The notes beneath the pieces were generated by a model that searched no databases, was not told the origin of the DNA, and worked only from the letters and a program-made list of their open reading frames with translations. Below, piece after piece: positions 62,612 to 64,000 of a DNA stretch of 64,000 bases. Each line of letters opens with the position of its first letter. Positions within the stretch are counted from its first letter, which is position 1. The position numbers and the translations under genes were made by a program. This DNA comes from an uncultured Fibrobacterota bacterium (GTDB lineage Bacteria > Fibrobacterota > CAYVZU01): the NCBI GenBank assembly GCA_964455935.1, contig CAYVZU010000006.1, forward strand, positions 1,505 through 65,504, written 5' to 3'.

Positions 62612-63841
62612 ATGCCTTCAAGCAGCTCGGTTTTCACAAAGCTTGGAAAGAAATATGCAAGCAAAGGCATCAGCCAACGAGTGCAGGCCATGTCGGTGTC
62701 CGCCATCAAAGAGATGTCGCTTTTGGCCATGGAGACGCCGGGATGCATCAGCCTATCATGGGGGCTCCCCTCCTTCGAGACTCCAGAATTTATCCGCGAA
62801 GGGCTTATCAAGCAACTCCGCGAAAACGCCGAGATCGGCAAATACGCCCCGCCGCCCGGAGTACCCTCGCTTAAACGTGCCATTGCGGAGCGCATGAAAC
62901 GTGACAAGGGTGTCGAGGTTAATTCCGAAACGGAAATGATCGTAACCGCAGGAGCCATGCAGGCCCTGATGATGGCCTGGCTGGCCATCATCGAGCCGGG
63001 TGAAGAAATCCTGCTGACATCGCCGGGATTTTCTTCGCATTACGAGCAGATCGGGCTGGCGGGCGGTGTTCCGGTTGGAGTGCCGTTGATCGAGGACCAG
63101 GGCTGGAGGCTTGATTTGCCGGCCTTCGAGAAAGCGATCACAAAAAGGACCAAAGCGATTATTGTGGTGAATCCCTCGAACCCAACAGGGACGCTCTTTC
63201 CCAAAGAGGATCTGTTGTCGCTGGCCAAACTGGCCCGGAAGCACGATCTATTTATCATAACCGACGATCCCTATGAGTTCCTGGTCTATGACAAGGAGAA
63301 GGCGTTTCACCTCTTTAGCATTCCCGAACTGCGCGAACGAATCATTTCCTGCTTCAGCTTTTCCAAAGAGTATGCCATGACCGGCTGGCGCGTGGGTTGG
63401 ATGGTCGCGACCGAAGGGATCATGAACCAGATTTTAAAAATCCAGGATTCATTCGTAATTTGCGCGCCTACAGTGTCGCAGGTGGCAGCCCTGATCGCGC
63501 TGGAAGGGCCCTATGGACCCACAAAGGAAATGGTTGCCGAGTATGCCAGGCGCCGCGACTTGATTTGCAATCGGCTCGATAAGCTGTCCGATCTCTTCTC
63601 GTACCAAAGGCCTAGCGGTTCCTACTATGTTTTCCCCAAGATCCTTCCCGAACGGTTCCGCAGCTCCGTAGATTTTTGCGTTAGACTTCTGAAAGAAGCA
63701 AAGGCCGTGATCGTGCCCGGCGCCGGATTCGGCCCCACGGCCGAGGGCCATGTTCGTATGAGCTTCTCGTTCGGCAATGAGATCATCAAAGAGGCCTTTG
63801 ACAGAATCGAAAAATGGTGGGCGAATGAAAAGAAGGGCTGA
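62612..63841 (+). CDS. Class-I/II PLP aminotransferase (aspartate/aromatic type)
   Basis: VVNPSNPTG, IITDDPYE and SFSKEYAMTGWRVGW (PLP Lys). Confidence 0.9.
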   Translation: MPSSSSVFTKLGKKYASKGISQRVQAMSVSAIKEMSLLAMETPGCISLSWGLPSFETPEFIREGLIKQLRENAEIGKYAPPPGVPSLKRAIAERMKRDKGVEVNSETEMIVTAGAMQALMMAWLAIIEPGEEILLTSPGFSSHYEQIGLAGGVPVGVPLIEDQGWRLDLPAFEKAITKRTKAIIVVNPSNPTGTLFPKEDLLSLAKLARKHDLFIITDDPYEFLVYDKEKAFHLFSIPELRERIISCFSFSKEYAMTGWRVGWMVATEGIMNQILKIQDSFVICAPTVSQVAALIALEGPYGPTKEMVAEYARRRDLICNRLDKLSDLFSYQRPSGSYYVFPKILPERFRSSVDFCVRLLKEAKAVIVPGAGFGPTAEGHVRMSFSFGNEIIKEAFDRIEKWWANEKKG

Positions 63842-63880
63842 ATCAAAATAAGTGTATCTGGCAGTTTGGGGTGTGATGCA

Positions 63881-63901
63881 GGGGCGGTTCGCGAACCGCC
63901 C
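63881..63901. terminator. Palindromic GC-rich hairpin after the aminotransferase gene
   Basis: GGGCGGTTCGCGAACCGCCC is a perfect 20-nt palindrome, extendable with GCA/TGC flanks. The U-tract is weak (TTGCGGCGTTTAT). Confidence 0.4.
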
Positions 63902-64000
63902 TTGCGGCGTTTATGGGGATTCTATAGCAATTGCCATTAATCCTTGCCGTAATGGGGTAGGCCCATTTCCTTGCTGCGGAACCACCAAAGAGAGGGGCAT

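Noticed and set aside
1-64000. Checked for CRISPR arrays, tRNA/rRNA/tmRNA/RNase P/SRP RNA signatures, IS elements, integrases, phage genes and toxin-antitoxin pairs
   Set aside because: - I saw no evenly spaced direct repeats of 20 nt or more.
- I saw no T-loop (GGTTCGAATCC-like) context.
- I saw none of the conserved ncRNA boxes I know.
- I saw no transposase, recombinase or defence-type domains in any frame.
- This was a by-eye scan, so small elements could have been missed.

Overview
GC-rich, gene-dense 64-kb chromosomal segment with about 60 protein-coding genes. I recognise no rRNA, tRNA, CRISPR array, transposase, integrase or phage gene. The source looks like an uncultivated Gram-negative bacterium. 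Two secreted proteins end in T9SS-type C-terminal sorting domains, which hints at the FCB superphylum (inference only).

Gene content by region:
- 1-14 kb: prs; a sodC/VIT/Met-His-rich lipoprotein operon; a B12-radical-SAM gene; a GGDEF cyclase; slyD; a Met-rich secreted protein pair; and a REC-multiPAS histidine kinase followed by two CheY-like regulators and ptsI.
- 14-32 kb: an HPF-cold-shock-domain fusion coupled to an eRF1-like (baeRF-type) gene; OmpA and porin genes; a second B12-radical-SAM gene; lysine 2,3-aminomutase next to two ATP-grasp ligases and a GNAT; T9SS cargo; and a gspE/pilB 3' remnant.
- 32-51 kb: a GH38 mannosidase, a decayed AraC-like gene, and a 14-gene co-directional amino-sugar/aminocyclitol-like island (two aminotransferases, two Gfo/Idh/MocA, two Zn-ADH, M20, LbH acetyltransferase, ABC exporter, two amidohydrolases).
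- 51-64 kb: methyltransferase, UDG, PBP, a VTC/DUF4956/porin-like/CotH envelope operon, a BON/ferritin-like/PRTase stress set, and an aminotransferase.

Best candidates for new biology:
1. The sigma-54-promoter-driven HPF-CSD + baeRF ribosome module.
2. The metabolic island, together with a roughly 70-85-nt inverted-repeat element present twice in its two largest internal gaps.
3. The four-gene VTC/DUF4956/barrel/CotH operon.
4. The kamA + 2x ATP-grasp + GNAT neighbourhood.
5. A -24/-12 promoter motif that recurs upstream of at least six unrelated transcription units.

All family assignments come from motif recognition by eye. No searches were run.
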